From NCBI GenBank assembly GCA_965205015.1, contig OZ242029.1, positions 1,600,001 to 1,664,000 on the forward strand: a stretch of DNA of 64,000 nt. Direction: 5' to 3'. Position 1 is the stretch's first letter; the number at the start of each line of letters is the position of its first letter. The position numbers and the translations under genes were made by a program. Positions 53,604 to 62,698 of this stretch are shown piece after piece. The notes beneath the pieces were generated by a model, which saw nothing but the letters and a program-made list of their open reading frames with translations, ran no database searches and had not been told where the DNA came from. The stretch comes from Candidatus Poribacteria bacterium (GTDB taxonomy: Bacteria > Poribacteria > WGA-4E > WGA-3G).

Positions 53604-55211
53604 TTATACGCTAACGGGACGTACCCTTGCGAAGTATTCTCTTCTTTTGGTGAGAATGACTCCCACCCCGATTGTGAGCGTGTATGCGGCGATGTACAAA
53701 TAGATGTGGAACTGATACGCAACATAGTGAATGCTGAAAACCCCACCGAAAATAATCAAACCGAGGGCAAAGGTCAGAATGTCGTCCATTCCTTTTTTCT
53801 GTCGCGGTTCTCGTGAAAAGGGGAGTATCGCCACTGATCCCCAGTAGAAGGAGAGGTAACACAGACAACCCGTGAGACTCGGTAACAGATAAACCACTGC
53901 CAAAAGAGGGTTCCAAAGAAGGACAGAGATTCCGGTGAAAACAGTGAAGTAGGGAACGATGAAGTAAGCGATAATCGCTAATTTCACACCCTTAAAGAAA
54001 TGTGCATGGGATTCCATCGGGGCAATTGTAAAAATCCATGCCGCTTTCCAATCTTCTGAGTACTTGAGGACACTGAGGAGATAACTCAGAAGAAACGTGC
54101 AAATATAGAACGAATAGATCGGAACGCCGACTGCCACCCCGATGCTAAACGGAAGACCCATGAGTTCAGGAATCATCTGGAGCATAGGAATGATAGCAGC
54201 CAGGGGAATCCCGATCATCGCGAAGAATCTGACTTTTATGTTGCGGTCCCTTTTCAGGTAGATGGATACGAGTTGGAAACCCGCTTGTGTCTCAGTATTT
54301 TTCAGGAACACCGTTAAACGGCTGCCTACCCTGTTTACCTTCCGTATGGTACTCGGCGACTCCAACAAGCGCGAAACGTGTCCGGCGTATTTCAGCGAGA
54401 TCCGTCCCAGTGGGAGGACGACGCATAAAATCGTCGAGAGGACAGCCAGAATCGACAGATATAAAAAGAGTACCTGTGTCTCTCCAAGTGTGAAATGGAC
54501 AAGCCCAGCAAACCAACTGCACGGCAGGATGTAAATCCATTTCAATTCTCCAATCTGATTCCAGTCAACGAGCGCAACGCGAAAAATTGAGATAAGACGC
54601 GGTAGAAAATAAAAACATAGTGGCACCAGAATCGCGAGAACCAACTGTGAATATGCAACGAGGTTTCGGAATCTCTCCCACCGATACAGTTTTATCAAAT
54701 ATCCATAGAACGCTGAAATGAATCCGACAACGAAGAACGCTGCCATGAAGGATACGGGTAGATAAATTGCTGGAAAGAGAGTGGGTGCGTTTTTCGACCA
54801 TATCCCTAAAATTGCTGGCGGAAGGTTCAATACCGCTGCGAAAACAACTATGTAAAGCAATACATGGGTGAATTTCACAAGAAAGTAGGTTCGCGATGAA
54901 ACGGGGAGATGCGCCAACGTCCGATAATCTGTTGGGTTGATGATCACCTCAAGCCGAGAGATGACAGTGAACGCCAGCATCGTCATTGAGATGAACAGTG
55001 TGAGGAGCGTGAAACTGAAGCTATCGAGTGCGAAGGCGGAGAAGGATACAAATGTACTTGAAATCGCATACAAACCTACCAATAGAGCCGGAGAATTATT
55101 GAGAAAAGATTTTGAAGGTTCCCTACGCGCGTTCACACGCCTATCGGTCTTCAGCAGCAGTCTGTATTGATGGGGTTCAGCACCAAGGATTTTAAGAAAT
55201 CTGTTAAACAT
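53604..55211 (-). CDS. ABC-2-type exporter permease
   Basis: Many TM segments and 'DYRTLAHLPVSSRTYFLVK'; overlaps the ABC ATPase gene. Confidence 0.8.
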   Translation of the reverse strand: MFNRFLKILGAEPHQYRLLLKTDRRVNARREPSKSFLNNSPALLVGLYAISSTFVSFSAFALDSFSFTLLTLFISMTMLAFTVISRLEVIINPTDYRTLAHLPVSSRTYFLVKFTHVLLYIVVFAAVLNLPPAILGIWSKNAPTLFPAIYLPVSFMAAFFVVGFISAFYGYLIKLYRWERFRNLVAYSQLVLAILVPLCFYFLPRLISIFRVALVDWNQIGELKWIYILPCSWFAGLVHFTLGETQVLFLYLSILAVLSTILCVVLPLGRISLKYAGHVSRLLESPSTIRKVNRVGSRLTVFLKNTETQAGFQLVSIYLKRDRNIKVRFFAMIGIPLAAIIPMLQMIPELMGLPFSIGVAVGVPIYSFYICTFLLSYLLSVLKYSEDWKAAWIFTIAPMESHAHFFKGVKLAIIAYFIVPYFTVFTGISVLLWNPLLAVVYLLPSLTGCLCYLSFYWGSVAILPFSREPRQKKGMDDILTFALGLIIFGGVFSIHYVAYQFHIYLYIAAYTLTIGVGVILTKRREYFARVRPVSV

Positions 55212-55995
55212 TTCTGTGTTCCGTCATGGTTTGAATGACGCCGGCGGACTTTACACCGACTTCGTCTGCGTCCGTCATGAGTGCGAAGATCTCCTCAAGA
55301 GAGGTCCGATGTGCCATCTCCCGCAGTTCATCAATGCTCCCGTCAGCCACAATTTTTCCGCGATTCAAAATCAGAACACGGTGGCAGATGTTCTCGGCAA
55401 CGTCCAGAATATGGGTGCAATAGAGAACCGTTTTTCCGATACCCGCGAGGTCTTGCAAAATTTTCTTCATCAGTGTCACGGTTGAGACATCAAGGTTGCT
55501 AAAGGGTTCATCAAGGAAAAGGACATCGGGATTATGGAGGAGCGCGGAGATAATCAGTACCTTCTGCCGCATCCCTTTTGATAAACTGCTAATCCGTTGA
55601 TGTGCCGCCCGCGTGAGTTGAAACACCTCAAGAAAATCATCTATTTTCTCAGCGATCGAATTTTCAGACATGTGATACAGTTGACCGACCAATTGTAGGT
55701 ATTCAACGGATGTGAGCGTCTCGTAGAGGATTGCGTCTTCAGGGACATACCCGATGCGTCTTTTGAGTTCAATATTGTCTGTCTGACTATCACATCCTGC
55801 AACAACGATTTGTCCGCGCGTCGGTTGTAGCATACCAACCAGCATTTTTACAGTTGTCGATTTACCTGCCCCGTTTGGACCCAGATAGCCGACAATTTGA
55901 CCCGGCGGGATTTCAAAACTGATATTGTCAACAGCGACAGTGCGACCATAGGTTTTCGTAAGTTCAGACACACAAATCATAGAAATAACCTCCAT
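55204..55995 (-). CDS. ABC transporter ATP-binding protein
   Basis: Motifs GPNGAGKST, LSKGMRQK, LFLDEP and the H-loop. Confidence 0.93.
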   Translation of the reverse strand: MEVISMICVSELTKTYGRTVAVDNISFEIPPGQIVGYLGPNGAGKSTTVKMLVGMLQPTRGQIVVAGCDSQTDNIELKRRIGYVPEDAILYETLTSVEYLQLVGQLYHMSENSIAEKIDDFLEVFQLTRAAHQRISSLSKGMRQKVLIISALLHNPDVLFLDEPFSNLDVSTVTLMKKILQDLAGIGKTVLYCTHILDVAENICHRVLILNRGKIVADGSIDELREMAHRTSLEEIFALMTDADEVGVKSAGVIQTMTEHRNV

Positions 55996-56365
55996 TCACC
56001 CGCGCCGCGAACGATGAAACGACAGAAATACCACCAGATGTTACAGCACGCGGCGTATGCCTTCTACTTTTAATTATAAACATAAAATCGAAAAAGTTAA
56101 TACCCAATTTGCACTTTTTTGCAGAATTTTTAGGAATTTGGGCAATTTTTTCATTTTTCTGCTTTCTTTTCCCAAAAATCAGTGAGATATCTACAGAATA
56201 CTCCGGATCTCACAAAAAACAGATAATGCTTCAGCACAATCCGATAGGGTCTTGAACCAAATACCAGTGTTCCAAAATATCGTTGCCATTTTTCTCCAGT
56301 GTATGCTATATTATCCGCAATAAAAACAGACTATCAGAACTGCGTCTTCCGCACTCCCTCACCTA

Positions 56366-56920
56366 ATGATGAAGAACTATAGCGTCAGAATGATTCGTGA
56401 GAATATGGAGAATATCCCGCAATTTCCGATGCCAGAGGGGTATGCCATCCGGAATTATCGCCGGAATGAGGGACATATCTGGACACGGATTCTGAAAGCC
56501 GGCGAACCCTATATGGAAATTGACGACGGGCTTTTTGATCGCGAGTTTAAACGCCATCTCTCAGTAATGGAGGATAGAAGTTTTTACCTAACGACGGACG
56601 TAGGCGAGGAAATCGGCACAATCACGGCGTGGTGGCAAAATATAGAGGGAGAGGTGTGGGGACAGATACACTGGGTCGTGATTCATCCCGACTATCAAGG
56701 ACATGGGCTTTCGAAACCGATGATGACCGTAGCGATGGAGCGTCTGAAACAATCCCACGATCGCTGTTTTCTCGGCACGTCAACCGGGCGTATGGCAGCA
56801 ATAAAAGTGTATCTTGACTTTGGTTTCATGCCGGACCTTTCACATGAGAATAGCAAAGAAGCTTGGACAGAGGTCGCATCCGTTTTGGAGCACCCTATTT
56901 TAAAGGAGATTGCATTGTGA
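56366..56920 (+). CDS. GNAT family N-acetyltransferase
   Basis: Acetyl-CoA motif VVIHPDYQGHGL and AIKVYLDFGF. Confidence 0.88.
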   Translation: MMKNYSVRMIRENMENIPQFPMPEGYAIRNYRRNEGHIWTRILKAGEPYMEIDDGLFDREFKRHLSVMEDRSFYLTTDVGEEIGTITAWWQNIEGEVWGQIHWVVIHPDYQGHGLSKPMMTVAMERLKQSHDRCFLGTSTGRMAAIKVYLDFGFMPDLSHENSKEAWTEVASVLEHPILKEIAL

Positions 56921-58128
56921 ACGGGACAATAATTCCATCTCTTAGCGAGCAGCAGATCACCGATTACCATGAGGACGGCTATGTAATTCTGCGGAGTGTC
57001 TTATCCGCGAAGGAGGCGGATGAACTTCGGGGCGTCGTCCAAGAAGAGGTAAAACGCGATGCCTATCCATCGACACTTAAATATCCTGAGCCGGCGAAAT
57101 ATACGGTAAGTGGCAACCGTCTCGCCGAACCCGGACTCACCGCAATTGCTGAGCATCCGACGGTTATCGGTGCCGTAGAATCCGCCCTCGGTCAACCGGC
57201 ACATCTCACGGCTTATGTCGCGTATCTGCGGACACCCGGCGATAAAGGGGGTAGGGCGCATTGCGACTACAAACGCTGGCGGCCTGTCGGATCATCAATG
57301 AACTGGGTGTTCGCCATCATCCCACTGACCGATTTTGATACGGCGTACGGTCCCTTTCTTGTGTCACCCAAATCACACAAATTGACACAGGTAATTGATT
57401 CGGACGCACACATCTTAGATCTCACGCGTCCTGATCCGGAGCAGTTACCCGATTTCATTGATCCGGAACTCAAAGCAGGGGACTTACTTGTCGTCAACGA
57501 GCACGTCTGGCACGAAGCACCCCCTGGCACCACAACCGAGGATCGGTGCGGGATTTTCAATAAATATTGTGCAATAGACGCGCCGCCCGCCGCGGGATAT
57601 TACCCTTACAATCCCGACGCGTTGGACGCATTGAGCGACGATGGGAAGCGTCTGATTCCCGTCTGTTTTGACAAGCCGATTGCGACGACGCGCCTGCTTA
57701 TTGAGGATTCATCGACTCAGGAATCGAAATTCTTGCTCCACCGCAATGCCGAAACAAATTCTTGGGAGTTGCCGGGAGGCGAAGGTTGGGAAGAGGAGAA
57801 AGGAGTCGGTTGGGATGTCGGTGCGCGGATCGGTTCACTTCAAGAGCTCACCCAAACCCAACTCGGTTTAGATGTCGCTTGGATGTCTTATATTGAAGAT
57901 GTTGAGGAAGCAGATGGGATCTGCCGCATCTACGGATTCTCCGATGAAAGCTTAGACATCGATGCCCTCGCAAATGGCGGTTACGACTGGTTTACAAAGT
58001 CCGAGCTGCAACGACACCTCGGTGAGGGTGACGCTGTTTGCGGTGCTGTTGATACATGGCAGCAAGCGGATGTGATTCGGGGTAAAGGCACGGCATGTCG
58101 TCAGAGCCGATACCAGTTTGATGCCTAA
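56917..58128 (+). CDS. PhyH-family Fe(II)/2-oxoglutarate dioxygenase with a C-terminal Nudix-like domain
   Basis: Motifs 'YHEDGYVILRSVLS', HCD (HxD) and 'AGDLLV...WHEA'; C-terminal 'FLLHR...WELPGGE'. The GTG start overlaps the GNAT stop. Confidence 0.8.
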   Translation: MNGTIIPSLSEQQITDYHEDGYVILRSVLSAKEADELRGVVQEEVKRDAYPSTLKYPEPAKYTVSGNRLAEPGLTAIAEHPTVIGAVESALGQPAHLTAYVAYLRTPGDKGGRAHCDYKRWRPVGSSMNWVFAIIPLTDFDTAYGPFLVSPKSHKLTQVIDSDAHILDLTRPDPEQLPDFIDPELKAGDLLVVNEHVWHEAPPGTTTEDRCGIFNKYCAIDAPPAAGYYPYNPDALDALSDDGKRLIPVCFDKPIATTRLLIEDSSTQESKFLLHRNAETNSWELPGGEGWEEEKGVGWDVGARIGSLQELTQTQLGLDVAWMSYIEDVEEADGICRIYGFSDESLDIDALANGGYDWFTKSELQRHLGEGDAVCGAVDTWQQADVIRGKGTACRQSRYQFDA

Positions 58129-58129
58129 A

Positions 58130-59038
58130 CTATCTCTTGGAATCGGCTTCGAGCCGCTTTTTCTGCTCTTCGAGCATCTTCTGCTGACGCTTGACGCGTT
58201 CTGGGACTAAACGTTCCCGCTGTGCCGTCGGTTTAAAGTCCAATCTCTCTTTCCCTAATCCGTGCAGCACGGCTAATTCCACGGGTGAGAAATCGTCTGG
58301 ATTCTCACGGTTGAAATTCATCGGTTCCTTCAGGGAAACTGGTGGATTCGTGATGAAACGGGCGCGTCCCGATGGGTTCTGCGAGGCGGCGTGCAAGATG
58401 AACGGATGCAACAGCACAACATCGCCCGCGTTCCCCGTGATTTCTACAAAGTCTTGGCATTTGTCAATGAGTTGCCCAAATCCGCCAGGCAACACCCCTT
58501 CTGGATGTGCATACAACCGCTGTGCGACATGTTGGACTGAATCGCACGCCACAAACGTCCCACCACTTTTTGGATAGATATCCGACCAGACGACGATTGT
58601 GAGCAACCCCTGCTCCGGGCTATCTAAGAAATGACGGAAGAAATCGCCATCTTTGTGCCACCCACCGACTTCTGGAGAAGGTGGTTGCCAAGGTGTGTCC
58701 GCGCCTAACGCAAAGTTAATAATGAAACCGTCGCCCCATCCGGGCTTTGCGTCGCCCCAAAAATTGACAATCCTGTCTTCACCGCCGAGCAGATCACAGA
58801 TGGCATCCCACGCCCTCGGTGCAACGTCCTCAATCAGTACTCTGTTCATAGAAGGCAGATGAACTCGGGGTTCTTCCCAAGTTGTTGGATCGTCTGGGTC
58901 ATAACCGAGTCGTTTGAAAGCAAAGTCTCGCCATTCTTCTGCCAACTCGCGTGGAAAGCAGTCTTTCAGAATAACATGTCCCTTCTCAACGAAGTGGTTA
59001 ACATCTTCTTGGGTAAGTGTCCTATAGGTTTTTGCCAT
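58130..59038 (-). CDS. PhyH-family dioxygenase
   Basis: Motifs 'HFVEKGHVILKDCF', WHKD and 'GNAGDVVLLHPFILHAASQN'. Confidence 0.85.
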   Translation of the reverse strand: MAKTYRTLTQEDVNHFVEKGHVILKDCFPRELAEEWRDFAFKRLGYDPDDPTTWEEPRVHLPSMNRVLIEDVAPRAWDAICDLLGGEDRIVNFWGDAKPGWGDGFIINFALGADTPWQPPSPEVGGWHKDGDFFRHFLDSPEQGLLTIVVWSDIYPKSGGTFVACDSVQHVAQRLYAHPEGVLPGGFGQLIDKCQDFVEITGNAGDVVLLHPFILHAASQNPSGRARFITNPPVSLKEPMNFNRENPDDFSPVELAVLHGLGKERLDFKPTAQRERLVPERVKRQQKMLEEQKKRLEADSKR

Positions 59039-59128
59039 GTTTTAATTATTCCTTGCGGTTCGGTCAGAGGGTTGGTTAAACAACATTACCCACCGTAGGT
59101 CCGCCTATTCCGTTGTTGCAGGCTACAA

Positions 59129-60337
59129 TTATTGAATACTTTCTAACAACGTTTCTACGAGTTTTGTTGCGAACGCGTCGTCATTGATATGAGCGTCCAT
59201 CTCAATAACCGTCACGTTATCCCCGATGTGTGATTTCAGATTCTCGATCCAGGCAGATCGGGCTTCGGGTGAGTCGAAGGGTTGTCCTGTTTTGTCAATT
59301 GCCGATACACCTTGGATTGGAATAATAACCGTTGTAGGTCCCTGCGCTTCACTGAGTTTACGAGCCATGATGCGTCCGAGCTCAGCAGTCTCTTCAGGGG
59401 TTGTCCGCATGAGTGTCACAGTTGGGTTGTGCTGATAGAACAACCGGTCGCTGAACTCCTCTGGCACTGTGTCAGGCGGACCGAAATTCACCATATCTAA
59501 GGCGCCCGGCGCGACAACTTGCGGCAGCCCGGATTCTCCTGCGGCTTCCAATCGATCGGGACCGGCACTGAGGACGCCACCGACCAATTCGTCAGCAAGC
59601 TCGGTTGTTGTCACATCTAACACGCCAGCGAGGAAACCGCCTTTGACCAAATCTTCCATCGCTTGTCCACCGGTGCCTGTTGCGTGAAAGACGAGAACTT
59701 CATAACCAGCGTCTTCGAGGATCTCCCGCGCTTTTGTGACACACGGGGTTGTCACGCCGAACATCGTCGCCGCGATTAAAGGCTTATCTGCTGTTGCCTC
59801 TGGCATCTCCGCGTTGACCATTCCGACGATCGCCCCAGCGGCGTTGGCGAGAATCTGTCGAGACAACCGGTTGATACCCGCGATGTCCACAACAGAGTAC
59901 ATCATGCATATATCTTTGGATTGGACATAAGGACTCGTGTCCCCCGATGCCAAGGTCGACACCATAATTTTCGGGACACCTACTGGGACTGCCTGCATTG
60001 CTGTTGTGCCGATGGTAGTGCCTGCGGAGCCACCGAGTGAGATGATCCCGTCAATTTCGCCTGCCGCCTGTTTTTCAGCAACAAGCGTCGCGGCACCTTG
60101 CGCCATTACAGCGACACTATTGCCTCGATCTCCTTCATCTCTCAATGCCTGAAGGGATGAGCCTCCCGCTTGAGCGACTTCATCTGCAGAAACGTCCGAC
60201 GTTAATTGTGGTTCTCCCAATATACCCGTATTCATAACACATGTTGAAGTGCCAGTTGATTCTATTTGCGCTTTGATAAACGAGAATTCCAAGCCTTTCG
60301 TGTCCATTGTGCCGACGATGCAAACTGTTTTTGCCAT
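59129..60337 (-). CDS. Tm-1-like ATP-binding domain protein (UPF0261)
   Basis: Motifs GTMDTKG, GGSAGT, TMFGVTTPCV, FHATGTGG, PGALDMVNFG, HNPTVTLMRT and HIND. Confidence 0.9.
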   Translation of the reverse strand: MAKTVCIVGTMDTKGLEFSFIKAQIESTGTSTCVMNTGILGEPQLTSDVSADEVAQAGGSSLQALRDEGDRGNSVAVMAQGAATLVAEKQAAGEIDGIISLGGSAGTTIGTTAMQAVPVGVPKIMVSTLASGDTSPYVQSKDICMMYSVVDIAGINRLSRQILANAAGAIVGMVNAEMPEATADKPLIAATMFGVTTPCVTKAREILEDAGYEVLVFHATGTGGQAMEDLVKGGFLAGVLDVTTTELADELVGGVLSAGPDRLEAAGESGLPQVVAPGALDMVNFGPPDTVPEEFSDRLFYQHNPTVTLMRTTPEETAELGRIMARKLSEAQGPTTVIIPIQGVSAIDKTGQPFDSPEARSAWIENLKSHIGDNVTVIEMDAHINDDAFATKLVETLLESIQ

Positions 60338-60485
60338 TTCGTTTCCTCTGATCTGATGGGGTTGGGCTTCGTTTCCAACCTTTATGCCGGTTTAGACCGT
60401 AGTCGTCTTATTCCTGATAACATTCTCTGAACGCGTTGTGTTGTGGAGTGAACTGTTTTTGACCGAAATCACATTACAGTAGATT

Positions 60486-60514
60486 ATTATAAGACGTGTG
60501 GGAGGACATGTCAA
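60486..60514 (-). promoter_or_regulatory. Consensus sigma-70 promoter driving the Tm-1-like gene
   Basis: TTGACA-17 nt-TATAAT on the minus strand. Confidence 0.75.
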
Positions 60515-60524
60515 GTTTTTAAAA

Positions 60525-60553
60525 TTGACACAATTCCGGAGATATGATACAAT
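60525..60553 (+). promoter_or_regulatory. Sigma-70 promoter for the gspG-like gene (back-to-back with the previous promoter)
   Basis: TTGACA-17 nt-TACAAT with TG upstream of the -10 element. Confidence 0.7.
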
Positions 60554-60719
60554 GATTTTCAGTTGTCTTTGATACTTTGAGGACTGACGCATTCACCGTA
60601 AATGACTAAATCTGTGTTCGTCCTGGCTTCATTACAAAACATTTTAACTAATGATTGATAACGTTCTTGTCTTTACTATGTCAGGTTAGGCGTGAATGCG
60701 CGGATTGTGGAGGAAATGT

Positions 60720-61172
60720 GTGAAATCAATTCATTCTAAACAAGCAGGATTAACGTCAATACAAATCTTAGTTGTCGTCATCGTTCTCGGGATTATCGCG
60801 GCTGTCCTTTTGGCACCTCGATTGCTCGGACAGGCGGGGCGCGCGTTGCAAGCGCAAGCCGCTGAGGATATTGAAACGCTTGGTATTGCGCTTGATAGGT
60901 ATGCCAAAGATAATGGTGATTATCCCTCGACTGAGCAGGGTTTGAAAGCACTCTGGGAAAGACCTGAGGCGCCACCAAGACCCATAAACTGGGTAGAGCC
61001 CTATATTCAGATCCCAATCACGGAGGATCCGTGGGGGAATCCTTATATCTATGTTCGCCCCGGTAACCACGACCGGTACGGGTACGATCTCATCTCTTTC
61101 GGTAGTGATGGTGTTGAAGGTGGAACAGGTGAAGCGGAGGATATCGTTAGCTGGATCCGGCGTGATGAGTAA
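60720..61172 (+). CDS. gspG: Type II secretion major pseudopilin GspG-like
   Basis: Prepilin-like KQAG|LTSIQILVVVIVLGIIAA; ALDRYAKDNGDYPSTEQGLKAL, DPWGNPYIY and SFGSDGVEGG. GTG start after GGAGG. Confidence 0.88.
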   Translation: MKSIHSKQAGLTSIQILVVVIVLGIIAAVLLAPRLLGQAGRALQAQAAEDIETLGIALDRYAKDNGDYPSTEQGLKALWERPEAPPRPINWVEPYIQIPITEDPWGNPYIYVRPGNHDRYGYDLISFGSDGVEGGTGEAEDIVSWIRRDE

Positions 61173-61357
61173 TTTAATTTCACCTCGCGGGAGAACGACA
61201 TAGGTTTGCGCCATTGACGTGTCTTCCTGAGTATCCACTCTCCATTTCATTCTGAGCTACGGATCTGATTGTAGGAGGCACCTCCGGTTCCCGACAGAAT
61301 AACCGAAAACCTGCTCGTAACGAAGTGGAGTGCAGCCCAGGAGGCCATCAGTAAAAC

Positions 61358-62362
61358 ATGAAGATTACTCAGATTGATGTTATCAAAGTAAGAGTGCCGT
61401 ATCATGAAGGCATTTATGAACTCATGACGCGCCGTAATCTCTACCAGATTGATTACGTCTACAAGGTGTACACCGATGTAGGACTCGTCGGGATTGGCGA
61501 TGGGGCATTTCAGGCGGACGATGTCGTTGCGCGTTACATTGGTAGAAACCCATTTGAGTTTATGAACGGTTGGGCACCGACCCCCCTTCAACAGGCTTTT
61601 TACGACATTATGGGGAAGGCTCTTGGCGTGCCGGTGCATCAACTTTTGGGTGAAAAAGTTCACGACAAAACGCAATTCGGCTACTGGTCGATTGATATGA
61701 CCCCAGAGGAATGGGCGGCAGAAGCGGAGCACGCTTATGCGCTCGGCTATCGGCTCCACAAAATCAAAGCCCGCCCGTGGTTTGAAGTACTTGAGCAGGT
61801 AGAAGCAATCGCGGCGGTTGTGCCAGATGATTATCGACTCCGTGTCGATGCAAATGACTCGTTTGAAACCCCAGAGCGTACTCTCGAAGTCGCACGTCGA
61901 CTTCAAGATTACAATATAGAGTCATTTGAAACGCCGATTCCACAAGCCGATATTGTTGGATACCAGGAGATCAAGCGACACACCGATATGCCGATCACAA
62001 TTCACTTCGGCAACCCGGACCCAATCGAAGCAATACGGGCAAATATGAACGATTCGTTTATTATCGCTTATCCGGACTCACGCGCTGCCAATGCTATACG
62101 GGAGGCGGTCATTTCAAACGCTGCCCATCTTCCCGTCTGGCTACAGATTGTCGGGCTCGGTATTACGACCTGTTATGTCATGCATCTTGCTGCGGTGATG
62201 CCGAATGCAACCCTGCCAGCGATTACGCTGAACGCTTTGCGCGCTTTTGACCTTGTTACGCCTTCAACGATTCCACTTGTTGATGGATACGCAACGATTC
62301 CAGATAAACCGGGATTAGGCGTTGAATTGGATGAGGACGCGCTTGAGAATTGCCGCGTCTAA
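61358..62362 (+). CDS. Mandelate racemase/muconate lactonizing enzyme family protein
   Basis: Motifs YDIMGKALGVPVHQLLG, KIKA, RVDAN, FETP and PDKPGLGVELD. Confidence 0.88.
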   Translation: MKITQIDVIKVRVPYHEGIYELMTRRNLYQIDYVYKVYTDVGLVGIGDGAFQADDVVARYIGRNPFEFMNGWAPTPLQQAFYDIMGKALGVPVHQLLGEKVHDKTQFGYWSIDMTPEEWAAEAEHAYALGYRLHKIKARPWFEVLEQVEAIAAVVPDDYRLRVDANDSFETPERTLEVARRLQDYNIESFETPIPQADIVGYQEIKRHTDMPITIHFGNPDPIEAIRANMNDSFIIAYPDSRAANAIREAVISNAAHLPVWLQIVGLGITTCYVMHLAAVMPNATLPAITLNALRAFDLVTPSTIPLVDGYATIPDKPGLGVELDEDALENCRV

Positions 62363-62374
62363 TGGAGATATAAG

Positions 62375-62652
62375 ATGAAGGTATTTACTATCTGTTGTAC
62401 GTTGATGGAAAAGTAGATGGTGAGAAACCGAGCGGCGGTACGTTGGATACGAGCGAATCGCCTATCTGGATAGGTGCCCGTCCCGGCAATGTTGCGGCGA
62501 CAGGCCTCTTTGACGAAGTTGGATTCTTCACTGAGGCACTCTCTAAAGATCAACTCAACGATGTGCTGGAGAATGGGTTAGCCGATTATGCCGCTGTTGA
62601 GGCGGCTGGCAAATTAACAACAACTTGGGCTTTGCTGAAAGCAAAAAAATAA
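62375..62652 (+). pseudogene. Internally deleted LamG/TW-tail gene
   Basis: SD GGAG plus MKVFTICCTLM (signal-peptide start) is fused out of frame to a LamG C-terminus (YVDG...GLFDEVGFF...AVEAAGKLTTTWALLKAKK). Confidence 0.75.
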
Positions 62653-62698
62653 ATAACAGGCACATCCGTGTGCTAAACAGAAATGGAGAAGACGCATT

